The translations under genes were made by a program, and so were the position numbers. From Nitrospinales bacterium (GTDB taxonomy: Bacteria > Nitrospinota > Nitrospinia > Nitrospinales > VA-1), in contig OZ252246.1 of NCBI GenBank assembly GCA_965249625.1, positions 2,450,236 through 2,514,235 of the forward strand: 64,000 bases of DNA, read 5' to 3'. Of this stretch, positions 27,346-36,044 are shown in pieces (within the stretch, counting starts at the first letter, position 1; the number at the start of each line of letters is the position of its first letter). The notes under the pieces are model-generated. The model was not told the DNA's origin and did no database searches. It worked only from the letters and a program-made list of their open reading frames with translations.

Positions 27346-28964
27346 ATGATAGACCTGCGAATCGTATTTTCGGTGGTCTTATCCGATTCGCTGGGCTTTC
27401 TTACCCGCACAACATTTTTTGACTCCATATCCAAAAGTTGAAGCCAGTCTTCCATATTGGATTCTGCAGGAAGCAGGCTGCCTTCCTCAAATTCAGCCTC
27501 CAGTGAAACAATAAGATCGTCCACCGTCATGCACAGCGTTTCACCCTGAATCGCCCGCTCAATGGCTCTCTCTTTAGCGCGTTTCATGATTCCCTCAATG
27601 ACCGCGCCGGAAATGAAATCGTTCCAATACAGTTTTTTGGTGCCGCCGCTTCTCAAAGTCAACACCAGCACTTCCTGTTCCGAACTGCGGTCAAACAAAC
27701 GATCCAGAAAAGGTTCGGCCATGGCGTCAAAATCTTCATGTTCGCGGGGCAGCCCTTCTTTCAGATAAACACGCAGGATAGCCTTAGACTCTTCGCGGTT
27801 GGGGCGCGACACTTTGATCTTCCTGTCAATTCTTCCAGGCCGGATGACGGCCGGATCGATCAGGTCGGGCCGGTTGGTCGCCAGAATCACCACCGTTTCG
27901 CGAAGGGACTGGATGCCATCCATCTCCGCGCAAAACATGGGAACCACCGTGTTGCTGATGTTCGATCCGCGCCACGCCTGTCGGATTCCCAGAATGGATT
28001 CCGCTTCATCTATGAATATGAAAGGAATCTGACCTTTTTCTTTATAGTCCCGGGCTTTCTTGAAAATTTCGCGGATTTTACGTTCCGATTCCCCCAACCA
28101 CATATTGAGGATCTCCGGTCCTTTGACATGAATGAACCGGCCCTGTAGTTCGGAATTTTCCTGTTCGGAAAGTTTGCGGATCACTTCGGTGAGAATCGCT
28201 TTTCCTATGAGAGTTTTTCCGCAACCCGGAGGACCATAGAACAAAAATCCTTTGGGCACCTGATATTCCATCTGGCTCAGAATTTCTTTGTGCAGGAGCG
28301 GATATTCGAGGACTTTGCGCACCTCTTCTTTTACTTTTTCCTGTCCGCCCACCTGTGACCATTCCACATGTTCATAATCGTCTTCGACCAGAGTGCGGGA
28401 CTCGCGCTTAGAAAGTTTGCCTAAAATAACCCTTTGGTTACTGTCGAGAAAAATTTCTTCCCCCTCTTTCAGCCCGGTTTCATCCAAGCCATCTCGGACC
28501 AGAACAATCGCCTCGGTATTGCCGGTCGCCGCCTGCACCAGCCATTGCCCACCAGCAAGCTTTCCGGCAATTTTTGCAAGTGGCCCCTGAGTGGGGAAAG
28601 GTAGCCGGGCAATCACCACAAATCCTTCATTCAGCGCGACCTGATCACCGGTTTTCAATCCCTCATTTTCCGCCAGTTCTGGGACGACCGCGGCTTGGTA
28701 TTCCGTGCCCCCGGAAACCAGACGCACCAGACCGTCCTCCCCCTGGCCCAGAATCGTGCCAATGCGATGGGCGGGAGACTTCAACTTTTCAATGGCTTCC
28801 TCCAAGGTCTTGATTTTCAATGCATACTGCTGGGCAGACTGCTGGGCCTGAAACAGAGCATCCCTGAGATCAAGAATCTTTTCCTGCAACTGTGGTCGAT
28901 CCTGGGTTTCATTTAAAACCTGGTCGATCAACTCTACGATATGGGTCGGGTCTCCCATGAACAA
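27342..28964 (-). CDS. mpa: Proteasome-associated AAA+ ATPase (Mpa/ARC homologue)
   Basis: N-terminal coiled coil, an OB-like region, Walker A GPPGCGKT and Walker B FIFIDEAE. First gene of the proteasome cluster. Confidence 0.85.
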   Translation of the reverse strand: MFMGDPTHIVELIDQVLNETQDRPQLQEKILDLRDALFQAQQSAQQYALKIKTLEEAIEKLKSPAHRIGTILGQGEDGLVRLVSGGTEYQAAVVPELAENEGLKTGDQVALNEGFVVIARLPFPTQGPLAKIAGKLAGGQWLVQAATGNTEAIVLVRDGLDETGLKEGEEIFLDSNQRVILGKLSKRESRTLVEDDYEHVEWSQVGGQEKVKEEVRKVLEYPLLHKEILSQMEYQVPKGFLFYGPPGCGKTLIGKAILTEVIRKLSEQENSELQGRFIHVKGPEILNMWLGESERKIREIFKKARDYKEKGQIPFIFIDEAESILGIRQAWRGSNISNTVVPMFCAEMDGIQSLRETVVILATNRPDLIDPAVIRPGRIDRKIKVSRPNREESKAILRVYLKEGLPREHEDFDAMAEPFLDRLFDRSSEQEVLVLTLRSGGTKKLYWNDFISGAVIEGIMKRAKERAIERAIQGETLCMTVDDLIVSLEAEFEEGSLLPAESNMEDWLQLLDMESKNVVRVRKPSESDKTTENTIRRSII

Positions 28965-29206
28965 GTCCTTTATTTTCGTTGTGAACTCTCAATTGTATGA
29001 ACAAAAAATTTTATAAATCAAGTCAATTTTCTCAAAGGTTTAGTAGAGAAAACCTTGTCATTATATTAGGATGGAAGCTTCTATTGATTATTGTCCTGAA
29101 AAACTTTCACTCAAATTTTTCGTATTCCAGAGCCCGGCAAAATCCCAGGTGGTGCCAAGACCACCTTTAACGTGAAAGTGATTTCTGACAACAAGTTTTT
29201 GATTTT

Positions 29207-30517
29207 ATGATCTTTGCGAACAACAAAACCCCTATCGAAAAATGCATCATCAGTTTCAGCCATAACAAATATTCCACCCGTAAAGAAGCCGATGCGTTGA
29301 GCCTTGCCAAGGCAGAACGTGAAATTGCCGCCGGGAAAAATGGCATCAGCCATCTTATTCTAAGAGCTGAGGATGACGACATTGATCGACTGAAATTTCT
29401 TTTTTTGATCCGTGGAGTTCCCATCATGTGTTACGCGCTGGGGAACCTGCTGAACTCCAGCTTGCGCGAAATCGTGGTCGTCGGCTCTGAGGAAGTCAAA
29501 AAAGTTATGGACCGCTTCCTCGACATTGTGGGCACCTGCGGAAAAACCATTCGGTTTGTCCGGGAAGATGCCCAACACCTCAATCTGGTCCACACCATGA
29601 ATCTGGGCCGAGAGTTGCTTTCTCTTTCTCCCGACGAACTGGTTTTGTTCCAACCCGGTGACCTGCCTTTTCTATACGACCTGGAAAAAGTATTGTGCTT
29701 GCCCGACAACAAAAAATATAACCTGGTGCTCTGGCTGAACTCCCGACAAACGGTGTTCCCGGATTTTGCAAAGAATCCGGACAGCGAATTCGTCAAACGC
29801 AATTACCATTACCGCTCTTTCAGCGAAAATGAAGACAGCCTGCTGGATCTTAAAGAACCCAATTTATATCCCATTAATTTTGCAATGATGGATTCGGATA
29901 TCATTGACCACCTGCACTCTTCCCGCAAGGACGGACAAATAATTCACGCGGGCATCCAAACCGCTTTGCAAAAACCCTTACGCTTACTCAAGGTTCTGCC
30001 TTATGTCATGGACCATCTGTTGACGTTCCGGACGAATGTAAACCGCATCAGGCCCGGTGACCGGTATCATTTCGGCATGTCCCGAAAAAATTTTCATAAA
30101 GGCATCTCCCGCTTGCTCAATACTCCCTTGACCACCACGTTGCATGACGACCCGGCTTTCGTTTCCGATGTCGATGCATTGGAAGATTGGGAAGATTTTG
30201 AGTCTCTCACCCATCATGCGGAAACAACCCACGGCCGGGAGGGACTGGAGACCATCCACCCGTTTGGACAATCCCTGGCCCGGTTTCGTGAAGAGGGCAT
30301 GCCTCAGTTGAAAACAGAGATTCCCATGTATCGGGATTTCCCTTCATACCTCAACTCTATTTATGAAACGCTCAAGATGGGTTATGTGCCCTTTGGCAGG
30401 GACAACCAATACATCTCGCCCAACGCGAACTTAAAAGAAGTGGAATTCGCATACCGCTGGTATAAACAAAAATGTGCACTGCTGAAACAAACTCATGAGA
30501 ACCGGCAACGGGCCTGA
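29207..30517 (+). CDS. Hypothetical protein with a weak MobA-like nucleotidyltransferase-fold N-terminus
   Basis: HLILRAEDDDIDRLKFLFLIRGVPIMCYALGNLLNSSLREIVVVG follows the NTP_transf_3 layout, but the Gly-rich loop is degenerate. The start codon is uncertain. Confidence 0.4.
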   Translation: MIFANNKTPIEKCIISFSHNKYSTRKEADALSLAKAEREIAAGKNGISHLILRAEDDDIDRLKFLFLIRGVPIMCYALGNLLNSSLREIVVVGSEEVKKVMDRFLDIVGTCGKTIRFVREDAQHLNLVHTMNLGRELLSLSPDELVLFQPGDLPFLYDLEKVLCLPDNKKYNLVLWLNSRQTVFPDFAKNPDSEFVKRNYHYRSFSENEDSLLDLKEPNLYPINFAMMDSDIIDHLHSSRKDGQIIHAGIQTALQKPLRLLKVLPYVMDHLLTFRTNVNRIRPGDRYHFGMSRKNFHKGISRLLNTPLTTTLHDDPAFVSDVDALEDWEDFESLTHHAETTHGREGLETIHPFGQSLARFREEGMPQLKTEIPMYRDFPSYLNSIYETLKMGYVPFGRDNQYISPNANLKEVEFAYRWYKQKCALLKQTHENRQRA

Positions 30518-30633
30518 CCGGAAAAACCGCTGGCGTTATCCGCAGACCCGCTTTCTGTAAACCAAAAATAACGCTATAATACAGACTATGATTTTGCAGG
30601 GTAAAGTTTAAGCACGCGGGCAAACGAGCCAAA

Positions 30634-31557
30634 ATGCCAAAACCATGGCAGGGAAATAGTTTATTGAACCGAACCCGATTATCCGGGTTTATCCTTTTAG
30701 CGCTGGGCATTCACATAACATCGGTGATCGCACACATGGCGATCCCCGCCGCGAAAGAAAAAGTAAAGGGACCTCCCCCGATCCGGGTGAAATATATTGA
30801 GCCGGAGAAACCCCCGCCGCCCTCAAAAATTGAGAAACCCAAAAACAAAGATCTGCTGGCAAAATTTGACAGCCGGGCCCATTCCAATATCAAAAAGAAA
30901 ACTGCAAAAACCTATCAGCGCAAAAAAACCGTGGTGCCGAAATCGAAAGGGTCGGTGGGCAAAACAGGTACCGCGCCCGTTCGAGAAAAGAAAGTCGCAC
31001 GCAAATCTCACAAACGTGCCGCGATTGAGCCGGGAAGAAGACTCCTACCGGAATCAGATATTGGAAAATATAAATCCGTTATCAGGAAAAAACCCAAACC
31101 CACGGCGTCCTCCGCCAATCCCAAGGCAGGCACAGGTAGCACCTTGGCTCTTCTGGACGGGTTTGACCCCGAACCCTTCGCATCGCTCAGCACAGAGGAT
31201 CTCGAAAACATTGATGATGACGAACCGGTTTCCCTCGATACAACAGAAGTCAAATACGCTTCTTACTTCGCGAGGATCAAGCACCAGATTGAACGGGTGT
31301 GGATTTATCCCACCGAGGCCGCACAACGTGGTATCAGTGGCGATCTCACGTTGACGTTCAGGATTTCCAAGGACGGCAACCTTCTTGGGGTGCAGCTGTT
31401 GGACCGGTCAGGCTATGAAATTCTGGATGTGGCCGCACTCAAAGCCGTGAAGGAAGCGGCTCCCTTTTATCCCTTCCCGGCAACCATTGACCGGGAGAAG
31501 TTATCCATCCAGGCCAATTTCGTTTACACCTCCCAATTCAAATCCCTAGCCCCCTAG
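30634..31557 (+). CDS. TonB-family energy transducer
   Basis: N-terminal TM anchor, a Pro/Lys-rich spacer (EPEKPPPPSKIEKPK) and a C-terminal TonB_C domain (YPTEAAQRGISGDLTLTFRISKDGNLLGVQLLDRSGYEILDVAALKAV). Confidence 0.75.
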   Translation: MPKPWQGNSLLNRTRLSGFILLALGIHITSVIAHMAIPAAKEKVKGPPPIRVKYIEPEKPPPPSKIEKPKNKDLLAKFDSRAHSNIKKKTAKTYQRKKTVVPKSKGSVGKTGTAPVREKKVARKSHKRAAIEPGRRLLPESDIGKYKSVIRKKPKPTASSANPKAGTGSTLALLDGFDPEPFASLSTEDLENIDDDEPVSLDTTEVKYASYFARIKHQIERVWIYPTEAAQRGISGDLTLTFRISKDGNLLGVQLLDRSGYEILDVAALKAVKEAAPFYPFPATIDREKLSIQANFVYTSQFKSLAP

Positions 31558-31592
31558 GCGGAGTACCTCCGCTGGTAACTGGCAATATCTCT
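31556..31592. repeat. Family B repeat, partial copy (5' third only)
   Basis: AGGCGGAGTACCTCCGCTGGTAACTGGCAATATCT matches the first ~37 nt of the copy at 6822. Confidence 0.6.
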
Positions 31593-31612
31593 TAAGTGCT
31601 AGCAACCGTTAA

Positions 31613-31671
31613 CTCGGCTTAAAAAGGGACGCCATCAAACGGCACTTTAAGCCGAGAAGAAGTTTGTTTTT
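31613..31671 (+). terminator. Candidate rho-independent terminator downstream of the tonB-like gene
   Basis: 11-bp stem CTCGGCTTAAA / TTTAAGCCGAG (31613-31623 and 31646-31656) followed by AAGAAGTTTGTTTTT. Confidence 0.4.
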
Positions 31672-31694
31672 CAGATAGGGCTATTGCCCATCGC

Positions 31695-31800
31695 CACCGG
31701 GCGGAGTACCTCCGCGGGCAGGCTGCAATGTGTTTATCTTGCGGGCAATCGTACTGGCGGCCCAACAAGTTATTGCTCGTTGGCCCCACGCCTAGTGGGG
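31695..31800. repeat. Family B repeat, full copy 2
   Basis: Collinear with 6822-6927 and has the same two hairpins. It overlaps the last ~10 codons and the stop of the dinG-like gene. Confidence 0.7.
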
Positions 31801-33773
31801 AAGAAGTCTCGGACTTCGTCCAGATGGGTCGTTACCGGACAAGGAGGCAGTGAGGCGATGAACTGTTTGCCATACCCACGCCGCCTCATGCGGGAATCAA
31901 GAATAGAAACCACACCGCTGTCGGTCTTCTTGCGGATCAACCGGCCAAACCCCTGCTTCAACTGAAGGATCGCCCGGGGAATCTGGTAATGCCTGAACGG
32001 GTCGATATGTTGCCGACGCAATTCTTCAATCCGGGCTTCTGTCAACGGTTCTTTGGGAACGTCAAAGGGAAGTTTAGTAATGATGACACTTTGCAACGCG
32101 TCGCCGGGTATGTCTACCCCCTGCCAGAAAGAGTTGGTTCCGAAAATCACTGAGGGTTCCTGCTTGAACTTTTTGATCATCTGGACGGTGGGCATTGCTC
32201 CCTGACGGATGAGCGGGAACTGGAACTGAAGTTCGTCCAGTCTTTCATAAACCTGATTGAGAAGCACATAACTTGTAAACAGGATAAATGTTTTACCGCC
32301 GGAAGCCTCCACCAGTTCCCGGCACCGGTTAGCAATACCCTCTACATAAACTCCTGTTTCATCCCCCGGTTCGGGGAGATCATCAGGAACATAGAGCAGG
32401 GCTTGGCGGGGGTAATCGAAAGGTGCCTCCAAAGACAACTCCTCATCCGGCTGATAACCAGTACGCTCTTTAATAAAATCGAATCCTTTGGAAGTGGTCA
32501 ATGTCGCCGAGGTCATGACCACCCGGTCAATTTTATCGAACACCTGTTCGTGCAGCTCTTCCGCAACATGAATGGGAACCCCGCGCAAGACCACACGGGC
32601 AAAACGTTTTCTTGGCGTGATTTCCAACCAATAAACATATCCGCGCATGTGCTGGTTGAGAATGGCAGACAGGGCGTTATTGAACTCAAAGCAACGCTCG
32701 GCGGCAGATGAAACATCAACCCGGTCTTCCTCTGAATGCAGACCCCCTTCCAAAGATTTCAATGCTTGACGCAGGGTTTCGAGCGGAACATACACACCGT
32801 TATCCAACACCGGCGGTTTGTAGAACCGTAAGACCCGGTCGTTTTTTCCATACTCTTCCAGAATTTGATTGAAAAAAGCATCGGCCGCCTGACGTGCGGA
32901 CACCACCAACTTGCGAAGATACAGCACCGAGTCGTGATCGATGCGAGCCAACAATCCCCGTTTGGTACGCGGGTTATGCAACCGATCGAGAAAATAGATC
33001 AAACTGGAATTGGAAATTTCCAGCCCCAGAAACTGGGTGGCCGCTTCTTCCAGATTCTGAGCCTCGTCAAAAACCACCGCGTCGAAAGCCGGCAGCACCG
33101 CTCCGGCGTTGGCAACGTTGGCAAAAAATAAATGGTGGTTGACAATTAAAAGATGGGCACCGAACCATTTCTTGCGGGCCTTGAAATAAAAGCAGGACGA
33201 ATGTGTTTCACAGTTTTTTCCCAGACACAGGTCTTTCTGCCGCCCCACCTCTTCCCATACCTGAGGAAGCACCTCAAAAGGCAGGTCACTGCGAAACCCG
33301 GTCTCAGTCTCTCCAGCCCAGTTGAAAATTCCTTCCCATTGGTTTTCCTCATCGGACTGGGTGAACAACCCCGCCTGCGCCGACCGTTTCAACCGCCTGA
33401 GCGACAGATAGTTTTCGTTGCCCATGCACAAGGCGTAGCGAAAGGCTATTCCCAACTTGTCGCGAAGCAGAGGAATATCGTGATTGAGAATCTGATGCTG
33501 GAGCGTCTTGGTATAAGTGGAGATGACCACCTTCTTGTTATTTTCCACGGCCCATAAAATGGCAGGGATGAGGTAGGCCAAACTTTTACCCGTTCCCGTG
33601 CCCGCCTCGACGATCAGGTGCCGGGCATTGCCAAACGCCTCCTCCACCGCCTCCGCCATATCCATTTGCTGGTGGCGGAACTCGAATCCCTCCAACCTTG
33701 AAGAAAGAATGCCCTCTTTACCGAGATAGTTTTCCGCCCGCTTTGCTGTCATGACCGTGCATGGTACGTGCAC
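31770..33773 (-). CDS. dinG: DinG/XPD(Rad3)-family ATP-dependent DNA helicase with Fe-S cluster cysteines
   Basis: Walker A EAGTGTGKS and DEAQN (DEAH-type) box. A Cys cluster lies in the insert (YALCMG..., CLGKNCETHSSCFY). Helicase C-terminal motifs FTSY...GVDIPGD...QGFGRLIR. Confidence 0.8.
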   Translation of the reverse strand: MHVPCTVMTAKRAENYLGKEGILSSRLEGFEFRHQQMDMAEAVEEAFGNARHLIVEAGTGTGKSLAYLIPAILWAVENNKKVVISTYTKTLQHQILNHDIPLLRDKLGIAFRYALCMGNENYLSLRRLKRSAQAGLFTQSDEENQWEGIFNWAGETETGFRSDLPFEVLPQVWEEVGRQKDLCLGKNCETHSSCFYFKARKKWFGAHLLIVNHHLFFANVANAGAVLPAFDAVVFDEAQNLEEAATQFLGLEISNSSLIYFLDRLHNPRTKRGLLARIDHDSVLYLRKLVVSARQAADAFFNQILEEYGKNDRVLRFYKPPVLDNGVYVPLETLRQALKSLEGGLHSEEDRVDVSSAAERCFEFNNALSAILNQHMRGYVYWLEITPRKRFARVVLRGVPIHVAEELHEQVFDKIDRVVMTSATLTTSKGFDFIKERTGYQPDEELSLEAPFDYPRQALLYVPDDLPEPGDETGVYVEGIANRCRELVEASGGKTFILFTSYVLLNQVYERLDELQFQFPLIRQGAMPTVQMIKKFKQEPSVIFGTNSFWQGVDIPGDALQSVIITKLPFDVPKEPLTEARIEELRRQHIDPFRHYQIPRAILQLKQGFGRLIRKKTDSGVVSILDSRMRRRGYGKQFIASLPPCPVTTHLDEVRDFFPTRRGANEQ

Positions 33774-33901
33774 AACTTAAAAAGCGCAAAATTAAATTTG
33801 CACACCGGCCATAAAGACGTCGATTATTTCTGGCTCAACGAGGTTGAATTGTGTGGCGGACTTCCTTTATAGTAGACATAGGTAACTTAACTGGAGCCAG
33901 C

Positions 33902-34600
33902 ATGAAAACCCTCAGCATCATCCTCACACTTTTTTTTACATCCACTGCCTGGGCTCAGGATGGCGATGGCGCCCAACAACGAAAATTATTGCGAACCGGG
34001 CAACTGGTTCTGGAAGAAATTAAAAATTCTCCCGACCAGAAAATTCCCACCGGGTTGATCGCCAAAGCCAAGGCCATCATTGTCTTTCCCACTATGGTAA
34101 AAGCGGGATTTTTTGTCGGCGCACGATACGGAAAAGGGTTTGCCTCGGTACGCGCCAAGGAATCTGGTGAATGGGGCGCTCCGGCTTTTCTTTATACCGT
34201 CGGCGGCAGTTTCGGCTTTCAATTTGGTGCAGAAGCGGTGGACCTGATCTTGCTCGTTATGACGCAAAGGGGAGTGGAAGGGTTGCTCAGCGAAAAGTTC
34301 ACGTTGGGCGGAGACATCGCCCTGGTGGTGGGACCCATTGGCCGTCATGCGGAAGCGGCGGTAGATGTCTTTATGCAGGGAGAAATTTACTCCTATTCCA
34401 GAGCCAAGGGAATTTTTGGGGGAATTTCCGTGAAAGGCACCATCATCACTTCCGATGTCGATGCCAATCAAGCTTATTATGGAAAACCCCTAACAGCAGA
34501 GAACATCCTGCTTTCCAGTCAGGCCGGGGAAATTCCTGAATCCGGAAAACAATTCATAAAAATATTCAACCACCTGGCTCCCTACAAAAAAGGGAAATAG
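33902..34600 (+). CDS. SYLF (Ysc84/DUF500) lipid-binding domain protein, secreted
   Basis: Signal peptide MKTLSIILTLFFTSTAWA. AKAIIVFP..VKAGFFVGARYGKG and GGSFGFQFGA patterns. Confidence 0.7.
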   Translation: MKTLSIILTLFFTSTAWAQDGDGAQQRKLLRTGQLVLEEIKNSPDQKIPTGLIAKAKAIIVFPTMVKAGFFVGARYGKGFASVRAKESGEWGAPAFLYTVGGSFGFQFGAEAVDLILLVMTQRGVEGLLSEKFTLGGDIALVVGPIGRHAEAAVDVFMQGEIYSYSRAKGIFGGISVKGTIITSDVDANQAYYGKPLTAENILLSSQAGEIPESGKQFIKIFNHLAPYKKGK

Positions 34601-34605
34601 CAACA

Positions 34606-34863
34606 CTACACTCCATCTGATTCCGGCGAGCTAAAACTACAGAAGCTTTTTGAACCTCGGTCAAGGTCAATCCCGCTTGGCGAACGATTGCCCCCCATGG
34701 TGCCTTTTGCTATTTCTTTATGATTAGGGATGGTTAACCTACGATGAGGTGGATCGGGTTTTCTCAGAATAAGATGGCTTCCGGTTTGGCGATCCAGCAC
34801 ATAACCCGGTTTCCGGAAAACCTTGCAGGCTTCTTTTCCGGAAAGAACGGGGAATTGACTCAA
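34606..34863 (-). CDS. hicA: HicA-family toxin; its C-terminus appears frameshifted at a C6/G6 run
   Basis: SGKEACKVFRKPGYVLDRQTGSHLILRK...TIPNHKEIAKGTMG is HicA-like. The canonical end (AIVRQAGLTLTEV) is readable only in another frame, beyond 34691-34696. Confidence 0.6.
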   Translation of the reverse strand: MSQFPVLSGKEACKVFRKPGYVLDRQTGSHLILRKPDPPHRRLTIPNHKEIAKGTMGGNRSPSGIDLDRGSKSFCSFSSPESDGV

Positions 34864-35072
34864 ATGGGAATCTCGACAATTTCTTCTTCAATCGGTGGGG
34901 GAATCGGCTCATCGTGTTCCTTTAAGCTATCCAGATATCCTTTGACAGCATCCTGAATATTTTCCAGAGCCTCAGAACGGGTGCTCCCCTGTGAAACACA
35001 ACCCGGCAAAGACGGACATTCCGCCACAAACACACCCTCTTCATCTTTTTCTATTAGAATTCTGAACTTCAT
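34860..35072 (-). CDS. hicB: HicB-family antitoxin (UPF0150)
   Basis: MKFRILIEKDEEGVFVAECPSLPGCVSQGSTRSEALENIQDAVKGYL is the canonical HicB N-domain. 4-nt overlap with hicA. Confidence 0.75.
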   Translation of the reverse strand: MKFRILIEKDEEGVFVAECPSLPGCVSQGSTRSEALENIQDAVKGYLDSLKEHDEPIPPPIEEEIVEIPI

Positions 35073-35149
35073 AATGTCTAGAGTTTAAAAGGGAGAACCA
35101 TTAAGCCTTGGTTAAATTCTAACCAACCGCCCCCTTAAAATCAACAGCA

Positions 35150-35291
35150 ACCTTTGTCGTTATCCCCCGAAACACGGTCGACTGCATCATCGCCGCCATT
35201 ATGTATCGAAAACAAACAGACACTTCTGCACCACGATAACGATTTTGACCAGATCGCATCGTGCACGACTTTGAAGTGTTTTAAGGGATGA
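35150..35291 (+). pseudogene. Remnant of a PIN-domain (VapC-like) toxin gene, C-terminal fragment with a frameshift
   Basis: TVDCIIAAI, then after a 1-nt shift IENKQTLLHHDNDFDQIASCTTLKCFKG-stop, which is the usual VapC C-terminal pattern. There is no N-terminal part and no antitoxin. Confidence 0.4.
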
Positions 35292-35574
35292 TCCCTGCTA
35301 GAGACCAACTTACCCCATATCGAATTACACTAAAAATTATTTATTGTTTATGTAAGTAAGATTAAGTCGTTTATTAAGTAAGTCAGAAAAACCATGTTTA
35401 CAAATAAAAGCTAACAACAGTTTACACTCCGGAAGTCCATCCCTATTCTCCCATTGAACCCATTTGAACCCATTCTGAAAAAATCACCTCCGGTAGTTTT
35501 GTTTTCATAGAGACCCTTCATAAGTGTATTAATGCATTATTTCTTTAATTATCGGATAAGCCAAATTCTACTTA

Positions 35575-35684
35575 GTCGTCTTTGCGAGCGACTGGAAGGA
35601 GCGCGGCAATCCAGCCTTGCAATATTAATTCAATGCCCAATGAAAAAACCTGGATCGCCGCGCCGCTTCGCGACTCGCGATGAC
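35575..35684. repeat. Imperfect long palindromic element, family D
   Basis: GTCGTCTTTGCGAGCGACTGGAAGGAGCGCGGCAATCCAG pairs with the reverse complement of CTGGATCGCCGCGCCGCTTCGCGACTCGCGATGAC, around an AT-rich loop. Confidence 0.55.
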
Positions 35685-35735
35685 AAAACTCCGGGCGGTC
35701 AATCCAACCCTCCCTAAGTCCCTCCCTATGAAGGG

Positions 35736-35942
35736 GAGACCTTTGCATAACCTTGGGTTACCCCTTCGGGGCACGAAGTTTAAGGAAAAATATCACGTCT
35801 TCGTCACCTTGTTCCTCAGAATGACAAATAGCCTTGTATTGTCATTCTGAACGCAGTGAAGACGTGATGTTTAACTCAAGCCCTCGTGCCCCGAAGGGGT
35901 AATCTCGCTTTTCTGTTTTTTTTCGACTTACGCAAAGGTCTC
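35736..35942. mobile_element. MITE-like element, family A, full copy 2 (207 bp) with a 9-bp TSD, inserted inside a family C palindrome
   Basis: Same termini as copy 1 (GAGACCTTTGCATAA ... TTACGCAAAGGTCTC). Flanked by TATGAAGGG at 35727-35735 and 35943-35951. Removing the element and one TSD copy recreates the family C repeat seen at 15570-15607. Confidence 0.8.
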
Positions 35943-36044
35943 TATGAAGGGAGGGAATCTTTTATCTCTGTTCATCGGTGTTTGTGATATCCCCAACACT
36001 AACATCATGCCCCGAAGGGGTACATCTGTGGCTAATTGTTTTTA

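Noticed and set aside
30797-31354. 185-aa alternative-frame ORF inside the tonB-like gene
   Set aside because: Same strand but out of frame. Its Pro/Arg/Lys-rich composition mirrors the low-complexity TonB spacer, whereas the TonB frame ends in a recognisable TonB_C domain.
35450-35483. Three tandem ~10-bp direct repeats (CCCATTGAA / CCCATTTGAA / CCCATTCTGAA) in an AT-rich spacer
   Set aside because: The repeats are iteron-like in appearance, but they are very short and there is no adjacent replication, partition or regulator gene. I cannot distinguish them from chance.
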